From: an uncultured delta proteobacterium
GTDB lineage: Bacteria > Myxococcota_A > Polyangia > Polyangiales > Polyangiaceae
Assembly: GCA_963696385.1 (NCBI GenBank)
Contig: CAVOKF010000005.1
Location: 832,001-896,000, forward strand
DNA: 64,000 bases
Direction of reading: 5' to 3'
The position numbers were made by a program, and so were the translations under genes. How positions within the stretch are numbered: position 1 is the first letter of the stretch; every line of letters begins with the position of its first letter. A model generated the notes under the pieces. The model worked only from the letters and a program-made list of their open reading frames with translations. It was not told the origin of the DNA and did no database searches. This document shows positions 41,767 through 52,167 of this stretch, in pieces.

Positions 41767-42759
41767 ATGGCCATGTACGACGTCCGAGCCCTCAACGATC
41801 TCGTTGCCAAAGAGAGTGCATTCGTAGACCGCCTGCTCAACGAGGTGGGCAAAGTCATCGTCGGCCAACAGTACATGGTCGAACGTATCCTCGTAGGCCT
41901 CTTGACGGGCGGGCACGTGCTGCTCGAGGGCGTTCCTGGGCTCGCCAAGACGCTGACGGTGCGGACCCTGTGCGACGCGATCCACGCGAAGTTTGCGCGC
42001 ATCCAATTCACCCCCGATCTGCTCCCCGCAGACCTCGTGGGCACAGTCGTCTACAACCAGCAACGCGGCGAGTTCACGTCGAAGCTCGGACCCATCTTCG
42101 CGAACCTCGTCCTGGCCGACGAGATCAACCGTGCCCCAGCCAAAGTGCAAAGTGCGCTGCTCGAAGCGATGCAGGAGCGGCAGGTGACCATCGGCGAGAA
42201 GACCTATCCGCTGCCGGAGCCGTTCGTGGTCATGGCCACGCAAAATCCCATCGAGCAGGAGGGAACGTATGCCCTGCCCGAAGCGCAGATCGATCGGTTC
42301 ATGCTGATGGTGAAAGTGGGTTACCCGACGCGCGAAGAAGAGCGCAAAATCATGGACCGAATGACCCAGCCCGAAACGGTGCGCGCCGAGCCCATCGTCA
42401 CGCCCAACGAGCTTCTCGACGGCCGCAAGATCGTCAAGCAGGTTTACGTCGACGACAAGGTCAAGGAGTACATCGTCGACGTCGTCTTCGCGACGCGAGA
42501 GCCTGGCAAGCACGGCATGAAGGATCTCGCACCGCTCATTGAGTTCGGAGCGAGCCCTCGCGCGAGCATTGCGCTCAATCTGGCGGCCCGAGCCCACGCC
42601 TTCTTGCGTCATCGCGGTTACGTCACGCCCGAGGACGTGAAGGCCATCGGGCCCGACGTCCTTCGTCACCGCCTCGTTCTCACGTACGAGGCAGATGCGG
42701 AAGAGGTCACGAGCGAGCAGATCGTCAAGCGCGTCTTCGAGGTGGTCGAAGTTCCCTAG
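41767..42759 (+). CDS. moxR: MoxR family AAA+ ATPase
   Basis: HVLLEGVPGLAKT, RIQFTPDLLPAD, LADEINRA, ATQNPIEQEGTY, GASPR. Confidence 0.96.
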   Translation: MAMYDVRALNDLVAKESAFVDRLLNEVGKVIVGQQYMVERILVGLLTGGHVLLEGVPGLAKTLTVRTLCDAIHAKFARIQFTPDLLPADLVGTVVYNQQRGEFTSKLGPIFANLVLADEINRAPAKVQSALLEAMQERQVTIGEKTYPLPEPFVVMATQNPIEQEGTYALPEAQIDRFMLMVKVGYPTREEERKIMDRMTQPETVRAEPIVTPNELLDGRKIVKQVYVDDKVKEYIVDVVFATREPGKHGMKDLAPLIEFGASPRASIALNLAARAHAFLRHRGYVTPEDVKAIGPDVLRHRLVLTYEADAEEVTSEQIVKRVFEVVEVP

Positions 42760-42856
42760 GTACACCGGCCCGGCCAAGAGCCAAGGGGTCAGCCGGGCGG
42801 TGTACTTCAATCGCCGGGGACCGACGCCCGGGCCTGCGCAGCGAGGGCGGGTGTTC
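42760..42856. repeat. Palindromic repeat family A, copy 2 (abuts the moxR stop, CTAG)
   Basis: GTACACCGGCCCGGC...GCCGGGCGGTGTAC hairpin; 37-nt core shared with 18710-18746; extra GGGCGGGTGTTC arm. Confidence 0.8.
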
Positions 42857-42864
42857 ACCCTGCG

Positions 42865-44010
42865 CTACGCACTCAGGCCGACTCGAAAGCAGGCGCCCCG
42901 GCCCGGCGCGCTCCAAACCGAGAACGTGGCGTCCATCCGACGGGCGTACTCGCGGCACAAGGCCAGGCCCATGCCGGTTGCCCCTTCGCTGCGGCGAGTC
43001 GTGAAAAATGGTTCGAAGATCTTGTGGCGGGCGCTGGCCGCGATCCCGGGGCCGTTGTCCCGGACGGATACGATGACGCGGTCGCCCGCACGGTAGACAT
43101 GGTAGCGGACGCGCGCGGCGGGCAGAGACCTCGCTGCCTGCGCGGCGTTCGTCGTCAACTGGAAGACGACTTGCTCGAGCATCGCGGCGTCCGCACGCGC
43201 GGTGAGCGGCTCGATGCAGCTCTCGACTTCGACGCCGCGAAGCGCCTCGGAGGCGCGGTGGATGACCCCGGCCACGACGTCAGCCACGCGAACGGTGTCG
43301 AGCTCGGGAGTCGACCCGTTGACGAACGGTCCGAGGCTTGCCAGAAGCTTCTGCATGCGTGTGACGCTCGAATCGAGGTCCTGAAGCGCAGCCCGGATGA
43401 CTGACCCGTCGAGCCGGCCCTCTCGCGAAAGACGTGCCACGTCGTCGCGGATGAGGTCGAGGTTCATGGCCGCGATGCCGAGAGGGTTTCCGAGCTGATG
43501 GGCGAGGCCCGCGCTGATGCGCCCGACCGACGAGATGTGCACGTCCGAGTCGAGGACGTGCGCGAGCTCGGGCGCCGGAAGGTCGGTGTCGCGCGGCTCG
43601 AGCGCGGCGGAGAGCAATTCGGCGAGCTCGGTGATGTCCCAAGGCTGTTGCACGCACCCGGACGCGCCCGCTTGGCGCGCCTCGGCGGCCCCTTCCGCCG
43701 ACGCGACGATGCCGATGACGGCCGCGTCCGCGCGGGTCATCCGCCGAACGTCCGCCATCCGCTTGTGGGGTTGTTGACGGGCGTCGATAACGACGACTGC
43801 GGCGTCGTCGAGGTGTTCGAAGCCCGTGACAACGAGGTTGAAAGACTGCAATTTTTCGATGAGCTCGCGCGCCCAAGCCTCGTCGTCGGCCGCAAGCGCA
43901 ATCCGTTTGCTCGGCAAGGCGGCCGGGCCAATCAGCGAGTCGGGTTCATCGCCGTGGCGGTCGGACGGTGGCGCCACGCGTCTCGGTAGGGAGCGAAAGG
44001 CGTTGGTCAT
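42865..44010 (-). CDS. Histidine kinase with a degenerate N-terminal receiver-like domain
   Basis: H-box GLAHQLGNPL, N-box TNAAQA, DNGPGI, FEPFFTT, TGMGL. Confidence 0.85.
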   Translation of the reverse strand: MTNAFRSLPRRVAPPSDRHGDEPDSLIGPAALPSKRIALAADDEAWARELIEKLQSFNLVVTGFEHLDDAAVVVIDARQQPHKRMADVRRMTRADAAVIGIVASAEGAAEARQAGASGCVQQPWDITELAELLSAALEPRDTDLPAPELAHVLDSDVHISSVGRISAGLAHQLGNPLGIAAMNLDLIRDDVARLSREGRLDGSVIRAALQDLDSSVTRMQKLLASLGPFVNGSTPELDTVRVADVVAGVIHRASEALRGVEVESCIEPLTARADAAMLEQVVFQLTTNAAQAARSLPAARVRYHVYRAGDRVIVSVRDNGPGIAASARHKIFEPFFTTRRSEGATGMGLALCREYARRMDATFSVWSAPGRGACFRVGLSA

Positions 44011-44246
44011 CCGCGTCAATGGGGGTCGTATGCCCCTCGGCACAGGTACGGCGCGATCGCGCCGTCCATTAAGCAGCCGACCGCGGGCGCCGGAAGCGAC
44101 CGGCGCCAGGAATACCGAGACTCGCCCGATTGTCGGACCGCCGTGCTAGAAGAGGCCGCCTCTCGGCGCCTACCTCGGGTCGAGTGGTTCGAAACATTGA
44201 GTTCGGCTTTCGAATTGCCTATCCCGGCCACGCGCCTAGAGGAACC

Positions 44247-45191
44247 GTGATTCCGAAGGAGCTCCTCGCGGCTCTCCGCGTCATCGAGATCCACACCGCG
44301 CGCCTCGCCAACGAGCAGCTGTCGGGCACCTACAGCTCCAGTTTCAAGGGCCAGGGGCTCGCCTTTCGCGAGGTGCGCCCCTATCAGCCCGGCGACGACG
44401 TCCGGGTGATCGACTGGAACGTTTCGGCGCGAATGAACGACACCTTCGTGAAGGTGTTCGTCGAGGAGCGAGAAATGACCGTCATGCTCGTCGTCGACTT
44501 GTCGGCGAGCGAGCGGTTCGGCACGCGGCGTGCGCCCAAGACTCGAGTCGCCAGCGAAGTCGCCGCTCTGCTGGCTTTCAGCGCGATCCGAAACAACGAC
44601 CGGGTGGGGTTGATCGTGTCCACCGACAAGGTCGAGCGGATCGTCGCCCCAAAAAAGGGCGAGAAGCACGTGATGCGCGTGGTTCGGGAGATTCTCGGCT
44701 TCGAGCCCACCGCGCGCCCGGCCGGTGATCCCGGCTTCGGGCTCGACGATGGCCCTCCGAACCGCTCTCGGATCGGGGCCCGTACCAACCTCAAGGCGGC
44801 GCTCGAGTCGCTCGCCCACGTTTCGCGACGCCGCAGCATCGCCTTCGTCGTGAGCGATTTCTACGACACGGGGTACGAGCGCGCCCTCGCGCTCGCCTCC
44901 GCGAAGCACGACGTCATTCCGGTCGTCTTGGTCGACCCCCGCGATTCGACGCTGCCGAACGTCGGGCTCGCCAGCTTCGAAGACCTCGAGAGCGGGGAGA
45001 GCGTCGTCGTCGACACGGCCGATGCGGCCGTCCGGGCTTGGTACTCGGCCTCCATGAAGAAAATTGCCGAATCGCAGCGCGCGATATTCCACAAGCTCGG
45101 GCTCGATGCCGTCCAGATCGAAACGAGTGGTTCGTTCGTGCGCCCGCTTCGCGATCTCTTCGCGCGGCGTGCCCGGAGGATCCGACGATGA
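44247..45191 (+). CDS. DUF58 domain protein (MoxR-associated)
   Basis: FKGQGLAFREVRPYQPGDDVRVIDWNVSAR, VVDLSAS, VVSDF. Confidence 0.93.
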   Translation: MIPKELLAALRVIEIHTARLANEQLSGTYSSSFKGQGLAFREVRPYQPGDDVRVIDWNVSARMNDTFVKVFVEEREMTVMLVVDLSASERFGTRRAPKTRVASEVAALLAFSAIRNNDRVGLIVSTDKVERIVAPKKGEKHVMRVVREILGFEPTARPAGDPGFGLDDGPPNRSRIGARTNLKAALESLAHVSRRRSIAFVVSDFYDTGYERALALASAKHDVIPVVLVDPRDSTLPNVGLASFEDLESGESVVVDTADAAVRAWYSASMKKIAESQRAIFHKLGLDAVQIETSGSFVRPLRDLFARRARRIRR

Positions 45192-46258
45192 ACGCGCGTG
45201 GACGCATCGCCGCGGCGCTGTGCGGCGCGGCACTGGCCGGGGCCGCCGGGGTCGCCCGGGCGGAATGCGTAGAAACGGCGCCTTCCGGGCCGGATCGGCC
45301 GCAACTCACCGACACGTTCCCCAGCCGCGGGACGAGCGGCTACTCGGCCACGTTGCATGTCGTCGTCTCGCATGGCCGCGGCGAGACGGTCCTGCCGCGA
45401 GGGCTCGAGCTGCAGAGCGAGAGCGACGCTGCGCGAACGCTGAAGGTCGCGGGGTTCGCCTTGCCCGATCAAGAAGCCGGCGCCGGGGCGCGTCTGTCGA
45501 GCGGCGACGCCGACGGCAGCGGCGGCAAGACCGGACGCCGGCGGACGACGCTCGATCTGCCGCTGCTCGCGCTGCCGAGCGAGCCGGGACGCCGGACGCT
45601 GACGCTGCCTCCGCTTCCGGTCGCGATTGCCCGCGCCAATGGAGACGTCGTGACTCTCTGCACGGCATCCCATACTCTCGTCGTCGACGATCCGACCGCT
45701 TCGACCCCGAACGCGCAGCCGAAGCCCAATCCGCCGCCGCGGGCTCAGCGCGAGGAATGGGTCGTCCTCGAGCGCGCGCTCTTTTGGGGGATCCTGGGCG
45801 TTGCCGTCGGCTCGCTCTTGGCTTGGCTCGTCGTTCGATGGGTCAAACGACCCCGGCCCGTGCCCCCGCCTCCGCCGCCGCGGGTTCCCTGGGAGCTCGC
45901 GCTCGAGAGGCTCGACGAGGTACGCCACGCCGGATTGCTCGAGACGCATCGGTTCTCGGACTTCTTCGACCGGGTCAACGACGCCGTGCGCGAGTACCTT
46001 GGGGCGCGGTTCGGATTCGATGGGCTCGAGTCGACGACCGACGAGATCCTCGTGGCCTTGCGCGGCATCCCGCACTTCTCGCTACCGCTTCCGGAGCTCG
46101 CGGCCTTCTTGCAACAGTGCGACCTCGTCAAGTTCGCCGATTGGACGCCGGCGCTCGAGGAGTGTCAGCGAACGCTGCTCCAAGCCGAGCGCATCGTACG
46201 CACGACCATGCCGCCGGCGCGCGACCCGTCCACGGTTCCGATGGAGGCTCGCGTATGA
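45188..46258 (+). CDS. Bat-operon membrane protein (DUF4381/BatD-like N-terminus)
   Basis: Signal peptide, Ig-like region, TM helix, VREYLGARF, ESTTDE, DLVKFA; ATGA coupling on both sides. Confidence 0.8.
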   Translation: MNARGRIAAALCGAALAGAAGVARAECVETAPSGPDRPQLTDTFPSRGTSGYSATLHVVVSHGRGETVLPRGLELQSESDAARTLKVAGFALPDQEAGAGARLSSGDADGSGGKTGRRRTTLDLPLLALPSEPGRRTLTLPPLPVAIARANGDVVTLCTASHTLVVDDPTASTPNAQPKPNPPPRAQREEWVVLERALFWGILGVAVGSLLAWLVVRWVKRPRPVPPPPPPRVPWELALERLDEVRHAGLLETHRFSDFFDRVNDAVREYLGARFGFDGLESTTDEILVALRGIPHFSLPLPELAAFLQQCDLVKFADWTPALEECQRTLLQAERIVRTTMPPARDPSTVPMEARV

Positions 46259-47483
46259 GCCGGGTGCCTGCGCGCTGGGTGCGCGGGGGCGTCGTCGCCC
46301 TCGCGACGGTTGCGACGCTCGCGATCGCTTTGGTTGGGCCCGCGGTCGCGCGCGGCGAAGCGTGGCAGTCCGCCCGATGGACCGCGTGGCCCGGGGTCTT
46401 GGGCCCGCACCCTTCGACGGCGGATGCGCTCGCGTGGTTCGCGCGAGTCGGTTGGTGCGCGGTTCTCGGTGCGGCGTTACTTGCCGTTCCGTACGTCGTC
46501 TGGCGCATGACTCTCGGCGCGGACGCGCGCGTGCCCCGTCTCGGCGTGCCGATGATCGCTCCCATGACCCTCGGACCGCGGGGGATCCGTACCCCGTTGC
46601 GCGACGCCCCGGGCGTGCTGCGGGGCGCGGCGTTGGTTCTTGCGGTCTTGGCGCTTGCGCGTCCCCAAAGTGTGCTTCGCAGCGAGACCGAGGAGGAGAA
46701 GGGCATCGACATCGTCCTCGTGCTCGACTTGTCCGGTTCGATGAGGGCCATCATGGACGCCCCTCGGCGGATCTGCCACCCGGTGGCGGCGCAGGCGCGC
46801 GCAAACGCCCCACGCGCCTCGACGTGGCCAAGGACGTGCTGATCGATTTCGTCCGGCGTAGAAAGACCGATCGCATCGGGGTGGTCGTCTTCGCGACGCG
46901 TGCCTTCGTCTTGTCCCCGCCGACTCTGGACTACGGTCTCATCGCGTCGCTCGTGTCCCGCATCGAGATGGGCGCCATCGACGGCAGCAAGACCGCCATC
47001 GGCGACGCCGTCGGCACCGCGGTGGCGCGCGTGCGCCGGAGCGATGCCCGAAGCAAAGCGATCGTGCTCTTGACCGATGGCGACTCGAACGAAGGGATCA
47101 TTTCGCCCGAGTACTCGGCCCGCCTCGCGAAAAAGGAAGGCGTTCGCGTTTACACCGTTCAGATCGGCAACGGGGACATCGCCGAGCTCGAGACGGGGAC
47201 GGATCTCTTCGGACAACCCGTTTTCTCGCGGGTGCGCTTCCCCGTGAATCCCGATCTGCTCCAATCGATGGCGCGTGAGACGGGCGGCGAGGCGTTCATC
47301 GCCACCGACAAGTCCGGGCTGGAAAGCAGCATGCATTCCATCCTGGACCATCTGGAAAAGACGAAGTTCGAATCGCAAGCCGCGGCGATGGAAGACCTTT
47401 TTCCTTTCTTGTTGGTGCCCGCCGTGATCCTGGTCGCCTTCGAAGCCCTCGTGCGGCTCGCGCTCGTGCGGAGGTTTCCGTGA
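46255..47483 (+). CDS. BatA-like VWA protein; apparent frameshift near 46765
   Basis: LALARPQ, MIDAS DLSGSM, then RLDVAK, DRIGVVVF, TAIGDA, LLTDG in the next frame. Confidence 0.88.
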
Positions 47484-48532
47484 GGTGGGGTCACGACTTC
47501 GGATCCGCGGCGGGCATTGTCGTGGCCGTCTTTTGCGCGCTCGCATTCGTCGCCTACGCGGGCGCCGTCGGGTGGGCGAGCCTGCAGCATGGGCGCTCGG
47601 TGCGGGCGTTCGGCGAGCCCAAGGTGGTCGCTCCACTGATGACGTATGACGCCACGGGCCGGCGCGCCGTCAAGGGGGTGCTCCTCGTGCTCGCGATGCT
47701 GTGCGCATTCGTCGCACTGTCGCGCCCCAAGTTCGGCAGCGGGACCAAGATCGTTCCGGCCACGAACCTCGATGTCATCGTGGTGTTGGACTACTCGAAG
47801 AGCATGTACGCGCGCGACATCGTGCCGAGTCGGATTGCGCGCGCGAAGGCCGAGGTGGCCCGGCTGATCCGCGACTTGCCGGGGGCGCGTTTCGGGGCGG
47901 TGGCGTTCGCGGGTGAACCGATGAGTTTCCCGTTGACGAGCGACGGCGCGGCCATCGCTCAGTTCTTTCGGCAGCTCGAACCGAACGACATGCCGGTCGG
48001 AGGAACCGCGACCGCCCGCGCGCTCGAAGCGGCGCGTGAAGTCTTCGCACGCGATCCGAAATCGCGGGACCACGTACGGGTGATCGTGCTCGTCACCGAC
48101 GGTGAGGATCTCGAGGGCGATCCGGCGGCGGTTGCCGAGAGCTGCGCAAAGGAAGGGACACGGATCGATGTCGTTCAGATCGGCGGCCGCACCCCGGAGG
48201 TAATTCCCGACGTGGGGGCGGACGGTAAGGTCAACGGCATTCGCCGCGGCGACGACGGCAAACCGCTGACGACCGAGCTCTCCGCGGACGGCGAAGCTCA
48301 GCTGACGCGCGTCGCCCAGGTGACCGGCGGAACGATCGTGCGCGCCGAGCATGGCGAAACGGGCATCGACCAAGTCGCGCGAGAGCTTCAGAGGATGATG
48401 CGCGAAGAGCTAAGCGAAAAGGTGCAGACGGTGTATGCAGAGGAGTATGCGTGGCCGCTCGGTCTCGCGGTCGCGCTTCTCCTGTGCGAGGCGCTGGTCG
48501 CGGAGGCCCCTCGGCGGAGGCGACCCGCATGA
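47480..48532 (+). CDS. BatB-like VWA protein
   Basis: ALSRPKFG, DYSKSM, PSRIARAK, PLTSD, VTDGED. Confidence 0.9.
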   Translation: MRWGHDFGSAAGIVVAVFCALAFVAYAGAVGWASLQHGRSVRAFGEPKVVAPLMTYDATGRRAVKGVLLVLAMLCAFVALSRPKFGSGTKIVPATNLDVIVVLDYSKSMYARDIVPSRIARAKAEVARLIRDLPGARFGAVAFAGEPMSFPLTSDGAAIAQFFRQLEPNDMPVGGTATARALEAAREVFARDPKSRDHVRVIVLVTDGEDLEGDPAAVAESCAKEGTRIDVVQIGGRTPEVIPDVGADGKVNGIRRGDDGKPLTTELSADGEAQLTRVAQVTGGTIVRAEHGETGIDQVARELQRMMREELSEKVQTVYAEEYAWPLGLAVALLLCEALVAEAPRRRRPA

Positions 48533-49449
48533 GGCGCCTAGCGCGGGCAACGCTCGCCGCATCGGCGTGGATGACGGGCGCGTGCACGCTCAATCCCGTC
48601 CGACCGTTCGAGCGCGAGGCGCCGGCCGTGGTCGAGGCGATCGCCGCCCTCGATGCGGGCGACGCCGCTTCGGCGGCGGCGAAGCTCGAGGAGTATCTGT
48701 CGACCGGAGCGTGCAAGGATGGCAGCATCGGCACGCCGAGCGGTCTCGCGCGGCGCGCCGACGGCACGTTTGACCTTGGGCTCGCGCTCTTCCGGATCGG
48801 AGAGCAATTTGGGCGTCGCTTCGGCGACGAGGAGATCGACGCGGGGGTTAGCGAGGCGGCCCGTGCTCAGCGACACGCCCAGATCACGTGCGCACGACGA
48901 CTCGTCGAAGCGATCGCCGACGAGTACGGGTCGGAACTGCGTGCGCGCGCCCGGTACTTGGAAGGCAATCTCGCGTTCCTCGATGGCGAATACGAGGAAG
49001 CCGTCCGGGCCTACGACCGGGCCCTCGTCGTCGCACCGGGTCAGGCCGACGGGGGCGAGCAGGTCGGGCGAGATGCCGCGTGGAACCGCGCGATCGCCCT
49101 GCGCCGCATCGAAGACCGGCTGGATTCCGGTACTCCGGATGCATCCGGCGACGCATCGCCGAAGGGCGACGCCGGTCGCGACGGAGGCGACGATCGCCCC
49201 AACGACGCCGGTCACGAAGGCGGATCGGGCGCCGAGGACGGCGGGGGTCCGGACGCGGGCAGCGACGCAGCCGAGCCACCTCCGCCTGGTCCCGACGGAG
49301 GGGATCGGCCGCCCGAAGCGGGCGCCGCGCCGCCCGCCACCGATCAGGACGAGCGAATGCTCGACCAGCTGGAAAACGCGCCGACGCTTCAACAAGAGGA
49401 GGCAAAGCGCGCCGGCAAGAAGCGAGTGCGAGGTATGGTCGACAAATGA
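48529..49449 (+). CDS. BatC-like TPR (lipo)protein
   Basis: Lipobox-like MTGAC; TPRs (YLEGNLAF...YDRAL, AAWNRAIAL); acidic linker; ERMLDQLE tail. Confidence 0.8.
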   Translation: MRRLARATLAASAWMTGACTLNPVRPFEREAPAVVEAIAALDAGDAASAAAKLEEYLSTGACKDGSIGTPSGLARRADGTFDLGLALFRIGEQFGRRFGDEEIDAGVSEAARAQRHAQITCARRLVEAIADEYGSELRARARYLEGNLAFLDGEYEEAVRAYDRALVVAPGQADGGEQVGRDAAWNRAIALRRIEDRLDSGTPDASGDASPKGDAGRDGGDDRPNDAGHEGGSGAEDGGGPDAGSDAAEPPPPGPDGGDRPPEAGAAPPATDQDERMLDQLENAPTLQQEEAKRAGKKRVRGMVDK

Positions 49450-51323
49450 AGTGGTGGCCCGTGCTCCTGGCGTTCGGCCTCGGCACCGGCCTGACGCACT
49501 CCGCCTCGGCCGACAGCCCGCCGCTGGTTCAGGTGCAAGTCGACGCATCCGTCGTGGGTGTGGGCGACACGATCCACGTCCAGCTGAGCGCGACGAGCTC
49601 CGATGCGATGCCGAGCGATCCGCGGCTGGGAGCGACTCCCGGGTTCATCGTTCGAGGCCAAAACCAGTCGTCGCAGACGCAAATCAACATCGGCGGTACG
49701 GCGACCGAACGCTACACGCTCATCGTCGACTGGCAGATCCAGGCCGAGCGAACGGGGTCGTTTTCAATCGGGCCCCCGAGCGTTGCCATTCACGGAGCTC
49801 GCTACGCCTCGCGTTCCATCGCGCTGCGGGTGGTACCGGCGGGTCAGGCCCCGGCGCCCAAAACGCAGCCCGCTCCGCAACAGTCGCCCTTCGGCTTGTC
49901 GCCTTTCGACCCGTGGCGCGGGCTGTTTCCAGACTTTGGCAATGCCCCCGAGCCCGCGGCACCGCCCGTAGCCGTCGACCCCAAGCTCGCGCTCGACGCA
50001 CCACGCGACTCGGTCTACTTTCTGCGCGCCACCATCGACAAGGCGGCGGCGGTCGTGGGCGAGCAGGTCACGCTCAACGTCTACGAATACCTCGACATGT
50101 CGAGCGGTAGCTTCGAACGTGAAGAGGACCACGACCCGCAGGTCGCTGATTTCGTGAAGCACTCGCTGATCCGCGACGATCAGGATGCGCCGCTCGTCGG
50201 CTATGCGTCGATCGGCGGGCGAACGTGGCGCGTCACTCTCGCCCGGCGCTGGGCGTTGTTCCCGTTGCAGGTGGGGGACCTCGTCATCGGCCCAATGAGC
50301 GTCACCATCAGCCCGGCCCACCAACGCGGCAACGGAGCCTTCAAGCGGACGAGCGAGGCGTTGCACGTGCGCGTGAGCGAGCCCCCGATCGCCCGAAGGC
50401 CGCCGGGCTACGCGCTGGGCGACGTCGGACGATTCTCGCTGCGGGCCCAGGTCGATCCCCGAGACGTTCCGCAGGGTGGCGCGATCGGAGTCCACGTCGA
50501 GCTGGCAGGTACGGGCAACCCGCCAAGCGCGTTGACTCCTCCGGCGACCGACGGCGTCGAGTGGCTTTCTCCGGAAGTCCACGACGAACTGGGGACCGTC
50601 GGACACGATGCCTACGGGGGGAAGCGATCCTTCGACTTCGTCGTGCGCCTCAAGCGGGCCGGGGACATCCAGCTCGGGCAACTCACATGGCCGTATTGGG
50701 ACCCCGAGCAGAAGAAGTACGAACTGGCCCGCGCCGCCCTAGGTGTCGTGCACGTCTCTCCGTCGGCGTCGGCCAAGGATCAGCCCGCCGCCTCCGCGCC
50801 CGACCTCTTGCCTGGGCTGCCGTCGCTGCGCGACGTCCTCGAAGGAACCCCCGCCGCGCGCAGGCACTGGGACGACTCCCCCGTCTTCTGGTTCGCCGCC
50901 GTGCTCGGCTGGCCTTTGCTCCTCGGAGCAACGATGGGGGCGATCGCGGCGGGGAAGAGGTTGAGGCTCGCACTGCGCGGACGCGCGACCTCACCCGCGG
51001 CGGAGCTGCGCGAGCGCATCGCCGCAGCGCGCGAAGCCTGCCGCGGCGAGGACGCGCGGGGCGCCGATGCGGCTATCGCGCGAGCCCTCGAAGCGGCCAC
51101 CGTCGCCAGCGCCGGCGTGAGCGTCCGCGGCGCGGTAGGCGACCAGGTCGTCCGTCGGCTCGAGAGCGCCGGAGTCGACAGCGGCTCCGCGTTGCGCGTC
51201 GCCGAGCTGCTGCGAGAGTGCGAAGCGGCCCGGTTTGCGCCGGAGGCGGTCGACGTGGCCCAGGCGCGCGACCGTTGGGACAGGGCCCAGCAGGCGATCC
51301 GACACCTCGAGAGGACCGCATGA
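49446..51323 (+). CDS. BatD family protein
   Basis: Signal peptide; tandem Ig-like BatD repeats (VVGEQVT, ALFP, GDVGRF, GTGN, YWDP); TM helix. Confidence 0.88.
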   Translation: MKWWPVLLAFGLGTGLTHSASADSPPLVQVQVDASVVGVGDTIHVQLSATSSDAMPSDPRLGATPGFIVRGQNQSSQTQINIGGTATERYTLIVDWQIQAERTGSFSIGPPSVAIHGARYASRSIALRVVPAGQAPAPKTQPAPQQSPFGLSPFDPWRGLFPDFGNAPEPAAPPVAVDPKLALDAPRDSVYFLRATIDKAAAVVGEQVTLNVYEYLDMSSGSFEREEDHDPQVADFVKHSLIRDDQDAPLVGYASIGGRTWRVTLARRWALFPLQVGDLVIGPMSVTISPAHQRGNGAFKRTSEALHVRVSEPPIARRPPGYALGDVGRFSLRAQVDPRDVPQGGAIGVHVELAGTGNPPSALTPPATDGVEWLSPEVHDELGTVGHDAYGGKRSFDFVVRLKRAGDIQLGQLTWPYWDPEQKKYELARAALGVVHVSPSASAKDQPAASAPDLLPGLPSLRDVLEGTPAARRHWDDSPVFWFAAVLGWPLLLGATMGAIAAGKRLRLALRGRATSPAAELRERIAAAREACRGEDARGADAAIARALEAATVASAGVSVRGAVGDQVVRRLESAGVDSGSALRVAELLRECEAARFAPEAVDVAQARDRWDRAQQAIRHLERTA

Positions 51324-52156
51324 TCCGCTGCGTGCCGATCGTGCTGATCGTCGGGGCCGGCCTCGCCTTCGCTCCGCGAGGGGCCCAGGCCACCGAGAAC
51401 CCCGACGACGAATCGGCGAGCCTTTTCGCTCTGGGCATCAAGGCGTTGCACGACGGGCGCGCCGGCGATGCAATCAACGCCTTCGAGGCGTTTGCGGATC
51501 AGGGTGGGGTCGACGCGACCGCGAGCTACGACCGGGGTTTGGCGTACGCGATGCGCGTGCACATCGGCGCCGAGAAGCCCGGCGACCTCGGCCGCGCGGC
51601 TCAAGGTTTTGAGGAAGCCCGATCGCTGTCGCACGATCGACGGGCCGTCGACGACGCCTCGCGCGCGCTCGATGCCGTTCGCAGCGAAGTGGCGCGGCGG
51701 CGGCTGCGCGCGGGGCAACCCGCCGACGTCGATGCCGGCCGGTCGCTCGCGCGTGCGGTCGCGGGGCTCGTGAGTGAGGACGCGTGGGCCGCGCTGTGCG
51801 TCGTGGCGTCCATGGCTTTCGCCGCCGGGCTGCTCATTCGTCTCCGGGTAAGCGGGCCCCGCCTGCGCGTCGGCGGTGGGGTCACGGCCGGCGTGGCGGT
51901 CCCAGCGCTCGCGCTCGCGGTCGCGATGACGCTTGCGGCGCGCCACGACCGATTGGAGCTACGGGAAGCGGTGGTCGTTGCGCCCGGGACCCGCCCGACC
52001 GACGAACGTGGAATCGTCCTTCCAGGCGCCACCTCACTCCCCGAGGGAGCGCTCGTCGAGGTGATCGATGAGCGCGGCACGTCCACCCGGGTGCGATTCG
52101 GCGCCGTCGACGTGTGGGTGGCGTCGACCGCTCTTCGCGCTCTAGCGCGCTCGTAG
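51320..52156 (+). CDS. BatE-like TPR/TM/SH3-like protein
   Basis: TPR region, two TM helices, C-terminal LPEGALVEV...WV SH3-like segment; ATGA coupling. Confidence 0.75.
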   Translation: MIRCVPIVLIVGAGLAFAPRGAQATENPDDESASLFALGIKALHDGRAGDAINAFEAFADQGGVDATASYDRGLAYAMRVHIGAEKPGDLGRAAQGFEEARSLSHDRRAVDDASRALDAVRSEVARRRLRAGQPADVDAGRSLARAVAGLVSEDAWAALCVVASMAFAAGLLIRLRVSGPRLRVGGGVTAGVAVPALALAVAMTLAARHDRLELREAVVVAPGTRPTDERGIVLPGATSLPEGALVEVIDERGTSTRVRFGAVDVWVASTALRALARS

Positions 52157-52167
52157 GAACGCGCCGG

